Assembly: GCA_029259115.1 (NCBI GenBank)
Contig: JAPDJO010000053.1
Location: 1 to 24,856, forward strand
Source: Thermoplasmatota archaeon
Lineage (GTDB): Archaea > Thermoplasmatota > E2 > DHVEG-1 > B18-G2
Direction: 5' to 3'
Length of the DNA stretch: 24,856 bases
This document shows positions 1 through 8,502 of this stretch, piece after piece. Made by a program: the position numbers and the translations under genes. Under the pieces are notes generated by a model. That model saw only the letters and a program-made list of their open reading frames with translations, made no database searches and was not told the DNA's origin. Numbering within the stretch: the first letter of the stretch is position 1; every line of letters starts with the position of its first letter.

Positions 1-1
1 T

Positions 2-940
2 CCATTGAAGATTTTGCTTAGAGAACATTCCGCAATTTTGGGGCTTGCAGGGAAGTTCAGAGACAGTGTTAAGAAATTGAAAGAGGAAGGATTTTCACCA
101 GATGATAACACTACACTCAAGGAAATGGCCAAATTCATGGATGACTCAAAATCCCATTATCTGAGAGAAGAAAATGTCCTCTTTCCTCATATAGAAAAAC
201 ATGGCGTAACCCAGCCACCAGCGATTATGTGGTCTGAACATGACAATATAAGAGGCATAGAGAAAGAAATACTGTCTACTCTCAAACAGCCGCTTTCCAA
301 TGAAAGCATGAAAAAACTCGACGAGCTTTCTATATTTTTACTTGAAACTTTATCAAACCATTTCTATAAGGAAAACAATATTCTGTTTCCCGCCGCCCTG
401 AGGGTGATAGAAGATAATGAATGGATAGAAATAAGGAGGGAATTCGATGAACTCGGTTACGTTAAGTTTATACAGGGCGCGCCTAATCTCCCAGAGAATT
501 TGTTGAAAAGAAAAGAGGGGGATAAGAGAATGGAAGATACGATTGATTTGGATACTGGTGAATTAGATCAGAAGGAAATCAAGGCGATAATGAACACTCT
601 ACCGATAGATATAACCTTTGTAGACAAAGATGATAAGGTCAGATATTTTAACAAATCAAAAGAGAGAATATTTCCCAGAACAAAGGCGGTTATAGGTAGA
701 AAAGTCCAGATGTGTCATCCCCAGAAAAGTATACATATTGTAAATAGAATTTTGGAGGATTTCAAAACAGGAAGAAGAGATGTTGCGGAATTCTGGATTA
801 ATCTAGATGGAAGATTGATATACATAAGATACTTTGCAGTCAGGGATGAGAGTGGAGAGTATTTAGGAACACTTGAAGTTACACAGGATATAACAGATAT
901 AAAGAAAATTGAGGGAGAAAAGAGGTTGCTGGATGAATAG
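2..940 (+). CDS. Hemerythrin-like + PAS_10 domain protein (DUF438 family), 5'-truncated by the window edge
   Basis: The frame is open from base 2 (P-L-K-I-L-L-R-E-H). Hemerythrin motifs HYLREENVLFP, MWSEHD and HFYKENNILFP are present. The C-terminal PAS_10 segment is LPIDITFVDKDDKVRYFN...CHPQKS...YLGTLEVTQDIT. Confidence 0.9.
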   Translation, partial: PLKILLREHSAILGLAGKFRDSVKKLKEEGFSPDDNTTLKEMAKFMDDSKSHYLREENVLFPHIEKHGVTQPPAIMWSEHDNIRGIEKEILSTLKQPLSNESMKKLDELSIFLLETLSNHFYKENNILFPAALRVIEDNEWIEIRREFDELGYVKFIQGAPNLPENLLKRKEGDKRMEDTIDLDTGELDQKEIKAIMNTLPIDITFVDKDDKVRYFNKSKERIFPRTKAVIGRKVQMCHPQKSIHIVNRILEDFKTGRRDVAEFWINLDGRLIYIRYFAVRDESGEYLGTLEVTQDITDIKKIEGEKRLLDE

Positions 941-1030
941 GTATTGATATGATTTTTCCATCAAGATGGACAAATCTATAACTACTCCTCATAATTAGAA
1001 GAGCTGTGAAAACTGGGATAAGATGAGATC

Positions 1031-1738
1031 ATGAGAGAATGTGTGCTGAAACTAGAAAAGATAATACCTTGTTCCATAGTTAGAAGGATAAATCGTTTCG
1101 TCGTAGAGGTTGAGGTAGGAGGGAAAATTCTTTCTGCATCAACAAATAATACGGGCAAACTGGAAGGGCTCATGGCGTATAAAAGGAGGGCGTATTGCCT
1201 GAGAAGGGTATCATCAAAGACGATGTACCGGCTCATAGCTGTTGAAGATGAAGGAGGATCAGCTATTATAGATACACATCTACAGATGAAAGCATTTGAG
1301 AATGCCTTCAATAAATCCCTCATTTCTTGGCTAAATGATTACGAGCTGTTAAAGAGAAACCCAAAGGTGGGAAAGTCGACGCTAGATTATCTCTTTCTAG
1401 ACAAACATAACAAAAATCTCTATGTTGAAATTAAAAGTGCGGTTTTGAGGAGAGGAGACGCTGCATCTTATCCTGATTGCCCATCCGAGAGAGGAAGAAG
1501 ACATGTGAAAGAGTTGATTAAATTGGTTAAAAATGGAGAGAGATCGGCGATTGTATTTATAGCTGGTTTACCAAAAGTTTCTCATTTTACGCCTGCTAGC
1601 GATATCGATCCAGAGATCAGCAGATTGCTCAAGATAGCTCATCTAAGTGGGGTTGAAATTAAAGCGATATCAATGTATTTTGATCCAGAAAAGGAATCTA
1701 TAGTCCTAACGAATCCAGATCTTCCGGTCGTTCTATAG
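1031..1738 (+). CDS. sfsA: Sugar fermentation stimulation protein SfsA (OB fold + PD-(D/E)xK nuclease-like)
   Basis: Motifs RINRF, NTGKL, LDYL, YVEIKS and YPDCPSERGRRHVKEL are typical of SfsA. An alternative GTG start lies at 1043. Confidence 0.92.
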   Translation: MRECVLKLEKIIPCSIVRRINRFVVEVEVGGKILSASTNNTGKLEGLMAYKRRAYCLRRVSSKTMYRLIAVEDEGGSAIIDTHLQMKAFENAFNKSLISWLNDYELLKRNPKVGKSTLDYLFLDKHNKNLYVEIKSAVLRRGDAASYPDCPSERGRRHVKELIKLVKNGERSAIVFIAGLPKVSHFTPASDIDPEISRLLKIAHLSGVEIKAISMYFDPEKESIVLTNPDLPVVL

Positions 1739-2161
1739 ACCCTTTATTTTTTCCAACAATATGGCGGGACATAAACGCTTAATCCCATCGATCTTTCCAA
1801 TCTTCTTTGCCAGTATTTCTGATAATTCCTTTCCATCTTTGGCCCATATTTCTGCCATAATCATATGATCGCCCGTTGATAAACACACTGTTCTAACTTC
1901 TTTTATCTTGGCTATCTCATTTGCTATATCCAAAAGCTTTGTAGGATCCACATCCAATCCAAGTATGGTTACGTTATTGTACCCCAGTTTTTTAGGATCA
2001 ACAACAGCAACATATTTTCTTATCACTCCTTTCCTCTCAAGGGCTTCCACTCTTTTCCTTACCGCACCCTCGCTGAGCCCAACCTCTTTGGCAATTTGGG
2101 TAAAAGGCGTTCTGGCGTTCTTTTCCAAGATTTCTATTATCTTCCTATCCTTCTCATCCAT
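1733..2161 (-). CDS. lrpA: Lrp/AsnC family transcriptional regulator (LrpA-like)
   Basis: N-terminal HTH MDEKDRKIIEILEKNARTPFTQIAKEVGLSEGAVRKRV and RAM domain with STGDHMIMAEIWAKDG...LCPAILLE, as in Thermococcales LrpA. Confidence 0.9.
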   Translation of the reverse strand: MDEKDRKIIEILEKNARTPFTQIAKEVGLSEGAVRKRVEALERKGVIRKYVAVVDPKKLGYNNVTILGLDVDPTKLLDIANEIAKIKEVRTVCLSTGDHMIMAEIWAKDGKELSEILAKKIGKIDGIKRLCPAILLEKIKGL

Positions 2162-2234
2162 ATTTCCAATATCCGAAATTCTTTCTATTTATTAAAAAAT
2201 TTTTACCAAATTTTAAGTTTTTCGTTGGTTTTGA

Positions 2235-3341
2235 TCAAAGATTTATAAATTTACCATTCTTGTAAATCAGTTCTCCATCCGCATATACCTCTCCATCCTT
2301 TCTCATATCCAGAACCATATCCCAATGCAGACCAGATTTGTTCTTGCTTCCAGTCTCAGGATATCCACTTCCTACAGCGATATGTATCGTTCCTCCTATC
2401 TTCTCATCGAATAGAGTATTGTTCGTGTATTTTTTGATCGCATAGTTTGTTCCAAATGAAAACTCGCCTATTCTTGATGCACCTTTATCCATTGATAACA
2501 TGGATTTGAGGAACTTCTCTCCTTTAGATGCCTTCGCTTTAACTACCCTCCCCCTTTTGAACTCCAGATATATATCTCTCACCTCTCTACCTCCATGGAA
2601 CGATGGAAAGCTATAAGTTATATATCCGTTCGCTGAATTCTCTATCGGACCAGTAAAAACTTCTCCATCTGGAAAATTCTCTTTTCCATGGCAGTTTATC
2701 CACTTTCTTCCTTCCACAGATAGTGTCAAATCTGTATCCTTTGCTACTATCCTGAGTTTCTTTTTACCAGATAAAAGCCTGACTATCTTATCCTGCCATT
2801 CCTTGATACCCTTCCATATCTTCATCGGATCTCTTTTATCAACATATCCTGCCTTGAAAACAAATTCCTCATACTCCTCTAGAGACATATCCGCATCTTG
2901 GGCGGCGGCAGGCGTAGGGTATTGAGTTAGACACCATCTCAATTCCTTCTTGGCAGCTCTGTTTAGAAATATCCTGTGGATCTTCTCGGTCGCTGCACTT
3001 CTTATTGCCTGCTTTTTTGGATCAATATTGCTGAGGTATTTTGTGTTCTTTGGACCCAACACCGTTAACCTTGCATCAATCTTCTTGATTTCAAATTCTG
3101 CTAATGGAGAAACGAATTTCAGTTGCTCCTCGCTCGCAAATTTGTAATAAATCTCATTGAAATCCTCGTCATATATCCTCACATAAGGGTAAGCACCTAA
3201 CTTTAAGGCGTGTTTGTATACCTCTTTCAATAGAGGGATAGTGAGTTCACTCCCGCTTATCAGGAAAAGATCTCCTTTTTTTATCTCTAGAGAGTACTCG
3301 ACAAGTACTTTAGCTAATCTTTCAAGTCTTATATCTTTCAT
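2235..3341 (-). CDS. Aminopeptidase, M29 family (AmpS/AmpT-like thermophilic metalloprotease)
   Basis: Motifs LAKVLVEYSL, NFPDGEVFTGP, IGEFSFGTN, LFDEKIGGTIHIAVG and SGLHWDMV. Confidence 0.93.
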   Translation of the reverse strand: MKDIRLERLAKVLVEYSLEIKKGDLFLISGSELTIPLLKEVYKHALKLGAYPYVRIYDEDFNEIYYKFASEEQLKFVSPLAEFEIKKIDARLTVLGPKNTKYLSNIDPKKQAIRSAATEKIHRIFLNRAAKKELRWCLTQYPTPAAAQDADMSLEEYEEFVFKAGYVDKRDPMKIWKGIKEWQDKIVRLLSGKKKLRIVAKDTDLTLSVEGRKWINCHGKENFPDGEVFTGPIENSANGYITYSFPSFHGGREVRDIYLEFKRGRVVKAKASKGEKFLKSMLSMDKGASRIGEFSFGTNYAIKKYTNNTLFDEKIGGTIHIAVGSGYPETGSKNKSGLHWDMVLDMRKDGEVYADGELIYKNGKFINL

Positions 3342-3380
3342 GGGGGAAAGGGAAGGGATATTGACGCTATAAAGGTAACG

Positions 3381-4643
3381 CTACACATTCTCCCATTCTT
3401 TAAGGACGGACTTCCACTCAAAATATCCTATCTCAGGTATAGACTCCAGCTTTCTTATTATCCTTTCATATCCCTTCAGCAAGGTTCTGGTTCTAACTTT
3501 TGCTATGATATCACATTTTCCTGCAACCGCTGCTACTGATTCAACCCCTCTTATCTTCCATATTTTTTCGATGAGATCTGATATGCTCACGCCTGGTTTA
3601 GCTCTTATAAAGATGTATGCTGTGATCTGAGAGAGGGCAAACGATACTATTCCAAGAACAACTAGAATTATACCTATTATCTTTATGAGCCAGAGGACAG
3701 AGGATTGAGGTATGGGTATTGGAATGAAATGAGATATTACAAACGTTACAGGTATAGAGAATATTACTATCGAAGCTCTTACCGCTTCCGTGACACTAGC
3801 CTTACCCATACCTAGAGCTCTTATATAGAGGACGTAAGAGAAGAAGGTTATTCCCATAGATATCGCAACAAGCCAGAAAAAGTCTATAGACCCTTCCAAG
3901 CTTTTGGAGAAGTATGATGTTCCACTGATCCAGTCCTGTACAAGAATGAATATAGTTATAAATACGAGGGTAAAGAATACGTTCCATAACCTTATGTTTA
4001 TAGAATCATTCGTTTTACCATCCAACTTAAGTAGCTTAAGTTTCCTCTGATTTATAGAAAACAATACCCATCCCGGATTCACAACCAGAAACATCACAGC
4101 TAAAGGAACGATTTCTATCTCTCCAGATATGGATATAGAGCCAAGGATGGCTCCGAGGGTGACAATTACTGAGGATTGAATCTCTATCAACGTCGGCGCA
4201 TTCTTTTCAGCAATCATCTCCACCATAAGTAGATATAGAATTACAACTCTAAAGAATGGGATAACCGCAGACGGATCTGTCATGAGAGATAAAGCATAGA
4301 AGTATCCCACCGTTGTTATCGCATTGCCTGCACCTGCAAGCAGATGGTACTTTAGCTCTTCTTTCTTAATCATTTTAAGCCCATTGAAGGTCGGATCTAT
4401 GAAACTACCTAATCTTCTTCCTTTAACCTTAACCGAGAGAATCAAACTTATTATGAGTGAGATTACAAGACCCACAAAAAAAGCAGAAAATCCATATACC
4501 CAAGATACTTCATCTGGGGAGTAGAATTTGGACATCTCGGATGTGATTATCGCATCAAATCCTACTGTTATGGATGCAATTATAGAAGAGGAGATAGCTA
4601 CAGCATAGAATAGGTATTTCCTTCTCACTCTTATCGATATCAT
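3381..4643 (-). CDS. DMT/EamA-like 10-TM membrane protein with a C-terminal Lrp/AsnC ligand-binding (RAM) domain
   Basis: About ten hydrophobic segments in two EamA-like halves (GYFYALSL..PSAVIP; SYVLYIRALGMGKASV), followed by the soluble tail ITAYIFIRAKPG...IRGVESVAAVAGKCDIIAKV...LESIPEI, which matches the RAM pattern. Confidence 0.8.
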   Translation of the reverse strand: MISIRVRRKYLFYAVAISSSIIASITVGFDAIITSEMSKFYSPDEVSWVYGFSAFFVGLVISLIISLILSVKVKGRRLGSFIDPTFNGLKMIKKEELKYHLLAGAGNAITTVGYFYALSLMTDPSAVIPFFRVVILYLLMVEMIAEKNAPTLIEIQSSVIVTLGAILGSISISGEIEIVPLAVMFLVVNPGWVLFSINQRKLKLLKLDGKTNDSINIRLWNVFFTLVFITIFILVQDWISGTSYFSKSLEGSIDFFWLVAISMGITFFSYVLYIRALGMGKASVTEAVRASIVIFSIPVTFVISHFIPIPIPQSSVLWLIKIIGIILVVLGIVSFALSQITAYIFIRAKPGVSISDLIEKIWKIRGVESVAAVAGKCDIIAKVRTRTLLKGYERIIRKLESIPEIGYFEWKSVLKEWENV

Positions 4644-4879
4644 ATCGATATCTCTTTCTCAATAACATAAGTTGTTGTCTGCTTGACCCCCTCTATCAAT
4701 TGTAACTTATCTGTTAACTTCATGAGCTTTTCAAGATCATCGACTTTAACTTTTATTATCAAGTCAACATCTCCGGCAACGACAGATATATTTTCTACAT
4801 TCTCTATCTTCTTTGCCTCCTTTAAAATATTCTCAAGCTTCCCGACCCTTGCTCTCACTAGAATGTATGCCTTTATCAT
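4640..4879 (-). CDS. Stand-alone Lrp/AsnC ligand-binding (RAM) domain protein, no HTH
   Basis: MIKAYILVRA...VENISVVAGDVDLIIKV...IEGVKQTTTYVI. The ATG at 4879 follows a GGTGA SD-like motif. Its stop overlaps the next start (ATGA, 4640-4643). Confidence 0.88.
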   Translation of the reverse strand: MIKAYILVRARVGKLENILKEAKKIENVENISVVAGDVDLIIKVKVDDLEKLMKLTDKLQLIEGVKQTTTYVIEKEISI

Positions 4880-4918
4880 GGTTATCACCGAATTTTCGGG
4901 GGAGGAATGTAAAGTTAT

Positions 4919-5977
4919 TTATAAAGCTAACGGTACAATCTCTACCTCTCTGAACAGATCGAGAAATCTTTTAGCTATAAGCTCTGCTTTATTTTCTTCA
5001 ACATACCTCTTGGCATTCTTCTTAATCTCCTTTCTTAAATCTTCATCCTCTATAACTTCCACTATCTTTTCCCTGAGATCATCAACACCTCTGTATAGGA
5101 TAACAGGTTTTTCCTCTGGTAACATCTCAAAGTGTCTCGTGTCTGGGGCGATAGTTGGGATAAGAGAACCTATACACTGGCATAGCGTAGAGGATACGAC
5201 AACCTTGTTGGTATGCCCTTTGGGTAGTAAATGAATATCAGATGAGTGCAGATACCTATATACCTCGTCTGTACTTGCGATTCTCTCCTGCTTCTGCTCT
5301 ATCCAATCTTCTTTGAATTTCAAAAGACCATCTGATCTGATTATTTTGTACACAAAATCATGCCTATTTTTCAATCCTTTTAAGGCTTCAACAAAATCCT
5401 TGTACTCCTTTTCCGGCTGCCTGCCAAAGCTGAAAAACACGATACCATCTTCTCCAAATGTTCTATCCCCTTCCTTTACAGGATGACACGGATATGGAAC
5501 AACCCTTATATTTCCTCCATAACCATCCAACATTTCCTTATACCTCTCATCAAATACGGCAACAAAATCAAAAATACTCAAAGATGAGTACATCATCTCT
5601 TCTTTCGACCCTTCATGCACGACAATCCCTACTTTTACGCCATCCTTTTTCACTTCCTTGACCAACTTTTCAACATCTTTATATGGTATACTTGTGTACG
5701 ACTCAACGAGCAGAACATCAAAATTTTCTCCCCGTATCTTATCAAAATCTATGTATCCTCCACTCATCGTATCTGGGTTCAACTCGTTGTAACATCTAAT
5801 GACAAAATCCTCATCCTCTCTGATTATCCTATGATGCCACCATTTGTCTGCGCTCTTTATGTATGGGGCAAATATCAGGACATCGTTTCCTTTTTTCATG
5901 AACTCTTCTGTAATCATCTCCGCATGCATCGATACGCCGCAGGTAGCGTTCCATCTAGTGATTATGCCTATCTTCAT
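4919..5977 (-). CDS. GT-B (GT4-like) glycosyltransferase; probable homolog of GDP-mannose:di-myo-inositol-phosphate beta-1,2-mannosyltransferase (MDIP synthase)
   Basis: The N-terminus MKIGIITRWNATCGVSMHAE and motifs FFSFGRQP, IIRSDG and SDIHLLPKGHTNKVVVSSTL match my recollection of Thermotoga maritima TM0359. The glycosyltransferase call is firm; the substrate call is from memory and not searched. Confidence 0.75.
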   Translation of the reverse strand: MKIGIITRWNATCGVSMHAEMITEEFMKKGNDVLIFAPYIKSADKWWHHRIIREDEDFVIRCYNELNPDTMSGGYIDFDKIRGENFDVLLVESYTSIPYKDVEKLVKEVKKDGVKVGIVVHEGSKEEMMYSSLSIFDFVAVFDERYKEMLDGYGGNIRVVPYPCHPVKEGDRTFGEDGIVFFSFGRQPEKEYKDFVEALKGLKNRHDFVYKIIRSDGLLKFKEDWIEQKQERIASTDEVYRYLHSSDIHLLPKGHTNKVVVSSTLCQCIGSLIPTIAPDTRHFEMLPEEKPVILYRGVDDLREKIVEVIEDEDLRKEIKKNAKRYVEENKAELIAKRFLDLFREVEIVPLAL

Positions 5978-6010
5978 TTTACCACCCCCGGAAGTAGATT
6001 CTGTAATAAC

Positions 6011-6042
6011 TTATATAATAACGTGAGAGGAAAATTTTTTAA
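6011..6042. promoter_or_regulatory. Divergent archaeal promoter region between the glycosyltransferase and GH130 genes
   Basis: Palindromic TTATATAA at 6011-6018, a second purine-run + TTTTTTAA element at about 6027-6042, and an SD-like GGGGGTGGT before the minus-strand ATG at 5977. Confidence 0.5.
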
Positions 6043-6066
6043 TTTTACGCGAGATTGTTAACCTAG

Positions 6067-7083
6067 ATGTTTAATTGCATGGAAGGGGATGGGAGATTTC
6101 ATAGAGAGAATAGGACAGTTGATATAGTGAGAAGGTTGGGGGTTATCACCCCTAAAAACATCAAATTAAAGAGACATCCGATGGATAAACCTGTATCTGT
6201 ATTCAATCCTTCTTTCATATTCAGAGAGGATAATATCGTTATATATGCTAGAACTATACTTGGATATTTCACCTATGCAAGTGTCATTTCTGAGGTATCT
6301 GTACCTATCGAGAACATCAAAGATATATCAAAAAGAGAATATTTAGCTGAGATAAAGATTTTCCCAGATAATAGATACGATGTATGGGGAGTTGAAGATC
6401 CAAGAATCTGTGAGATAGATGGAAAGATATTTATAACATACTGTGGAAGAACAGTCAACTATTTCAACCAATCGGTGTGGGTGGAGAGGACATTACCTGT
6501 TACAGCGATTCACAATTCTGGATGGAAGAAGATATGTGTGTATAGACTACCAAAAGAATTGAGAGGATTCGTCATAAGCGATAAGGATGCTTTTCTTGTA
6601 AAAACAAAAAAGAGATATAAATTATTCCATAGACTACATATGAAAGATAATAACTTCTACCTTGTTATTAGTGATATAGACGATGACATCGAGCACAATA
6701 ATCTTAGAGAAATAGAAGTAAAGAATACATCTTTAGCTTTAAAACCAGCAGACTTTGAGGAGAAAATAGGATGGAGTACACCTCCCGTAAAGGTAGGTAA
6801 GTATCTGATATTGCTTCTCCATGGTGTAGACAAGGACATGAAAAGATACAGAATCTTTGCTATAGCCATGGATGAAAAACTAAGAATAAAAGCTGTAACT
6901 CCATATTATATAATGGAGCCAAAGGAGATCTATGAGATATACGGTGATAGACCATATGCGATATTTCCATGCGGCGCACAGAAAATAGATGATAAGATAT
7001 TGATATCTTACGGAGCCGCAGATTCTGTTTTAGCTTTTGGAGAGATAGAGATAGATGAGCTTCTTTCTATGCTAAATCTTTAG
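6067..7083 (+). CDS. Glycoside hydrolase family 130 protein (beta-mannoside phosphorylase-like, five-bladed propeller)
   Basis: Motifs VFNP, GVEDPRI, DKDAFL, LFHR, KIGWSTPP, LHGV, EPKEIYEIYGDRPYAIFPCGA and SYGAADS. Confidence 0.88.
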   Translation: MFNCMEGDGRFHRENRTVDIVRRLGVITPKNIKLKRHPMDKPVSVFNPSFIFREDNIVIYARTILGYFTYASVISEVSVPIENIKDISKREYLAEIKIFPDNRYDVWGVEDPRICEIDGKIFITYCGRTVNYFNQSVWVERTLPVTAIHNSGWKKICVYRLPKELRGFVISDKDAFLVKTKKRYKLFHRLHMKDNNFYLVISDIDDDIEHNNLREIEVKNTSLALKPADFEEKIGWSTPPVKVGKYLILLLHGVDKDMKRYRIFAIAMDEKLRIKAVTPYYIMEPKEIYEIYGDRPYAIFPCGAQKIDDKILISYGAADSVLAFGEIEIDELLSMLNL

Positions 7084-7154
7084 ATGCTCACTTTTTCAAT
7101 CTCCTGTCGCCGAATGATAAGTATTAATACCATTAACATATAGGGGTTTTGCAA

Positions 7155-8438
7155 ATGACCCAGATATCGGAAGCGAAGAAGGGAATAATAACTGAACAGA
7201 TTAAAGAAGTCGCTAAATCAGAGAAGATAGATGTAGAGATCATCAGGAAAAGGGTTGCTGAGGGAAAGATAGTTATCCCTTTCAATCCCATACATTCTCC
7301 GAAAGCTCTTGGCATAGGAAAAGGACTGAGAGTTAAGGTTAATGCAAACATTGGAACTTCTAGGGAGCATTGCAATCTTGATGAAGAAGTGGAGAAGGCT
7401 AGGACAGCTTTAAAATATGGAGCACATGCGGTAATGGATCTTTCCACGGGAGGAGATCTGGATAAGATAAGAGAAACTCTACTCAAGGTAGTTGATGTAC
7501 CATTTGGAACTGTACCCATCTATCAGGCTGCTGTCGAGGCGATAGACAAGTATGGAAGCATAGTTGATATGAGCGAAGATGATATGTTCAACGCTTTTGA
7601 ACATCAAGCAAAACAAGGCGTAGACTTTGCGGTAGCCCATGTAGGCGTTACCAGAGAAAGCGTCGAGAGATTGAAGAGGCAAAAGAGAATGATACCGATG
7701 GTATCCAGAGGCGGAGCCTTCCATATGGCATGGATCCTTCATAACCAGTCTGAAAATCCTCTCTACAAGAACTTTGATTATCTACTAGAGATAGCAAAGG
7801 AATATGATCTGACCTTGAGTCTTGGAGATGGTATGCGTTCTGGAGCGATCTATGATTCAAACGACAGGGCAAAGTTTCAGGAACTTTTGATAATAGGAGA
7901 GTTAGTTGAGAGATGTAGAGAAAAAGGAGTGCAATGCATGGTTGAGGGACCAGGCCATATGCCCCTGAATCACATAGAATCAAATATCAAGGTCATGAAA
8001 ACCGTAACAAGAGAGGCACCATATTTTGTTTTAGGTCCTCTTGTTACTGATATAGCTCCAGGATATGATCACCTTGTTGCTGGTATAGGGGGAGCAATAG
8101 CAGGCTACTACGGTGCAGATTTCTTATGCTATGTAACTCCAGCTGAGCATCTCTCCCTACCAAGTGTTGAAGATGTTAAAGAGGGGGTAATTGCTGCAAG
8201 GATAGCCGCTCATGCTGCAGACATTGCTAGAGGGATAGATGTGGATATTGATAATGAATTTAGCAAAGCTAGGGACAATTTAAACTGGAAAAAGATGTTC
8301 GATCTCGCTATTGATCCAGAAAAGGCAAAGACTTATAGAGAAAAAAACCCTCCAATGGAAGATCCGTCAACATGTACGATGTGTGGCAAACTCTGTGCCA
8401 TAAAAATAGTGAATAAATATCTTAGAGAAAAGGAATAG
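7155..8438 (+). CDS. thiC: Phosphomethylpyrimidine synthase ThiC (short archaeal type; a BzaA/B/F paralog is not excluded)
   Basis: Motifs [55 protein letters not shown] and the C-terminal Fe-S motif CTMCGKLC. The ATG at 7155 after AGGGG is preferred to the TTG at 7149. Confidence 0.88.
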   Translation: MTQISEAKKGIITEQIKEVAKSEKIDVEIIRKRVAEGKIVIPFNPIHSPKALGIGKGLRVKVNANIGTSREHCNLDEEVEKARTALKYGAHAVMDLSTGGDLDKIRETLLKVVDVPFGTVPIYQAAVEAIDKYGSIVDMSEDDMFNAFEHQAKQGVDFAVAHVGVTRESVERLKRQKRMIPMVSRGGAFHMAWILHNQSENPLYKNFDYLLEIAKEYDLTLSLGDGMRSGAIYDSNDRAKFQELLIIGELVERCREKGVQCMVEGPGHMPLNHIESNIKVMKTVTREAPYFVLGPLVTDIAPGYDHLVAGIGGAIAGYYGADFLCYVTPAEHLSLPSVEDVKEGVIAARIAAHAADIARGIDVDIDNEFSKARDNLNWKKMFDLAIDPEKAKTYREKNPPMEDPSTCTMCGKLCAIKIVNKYLREKE

Positions 8439-8502
8439 TATTTATACTGGTTTTTGTATTAGGGCAACCAGCACCAGGGAGGCGTTTATAAAGGTGATGG
8501 AT

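Noticed and set aside
7084-7154. TPP riboswitch upstream of thiC
   Set aside because: The leader is too short and lacks the conserved core sequence.
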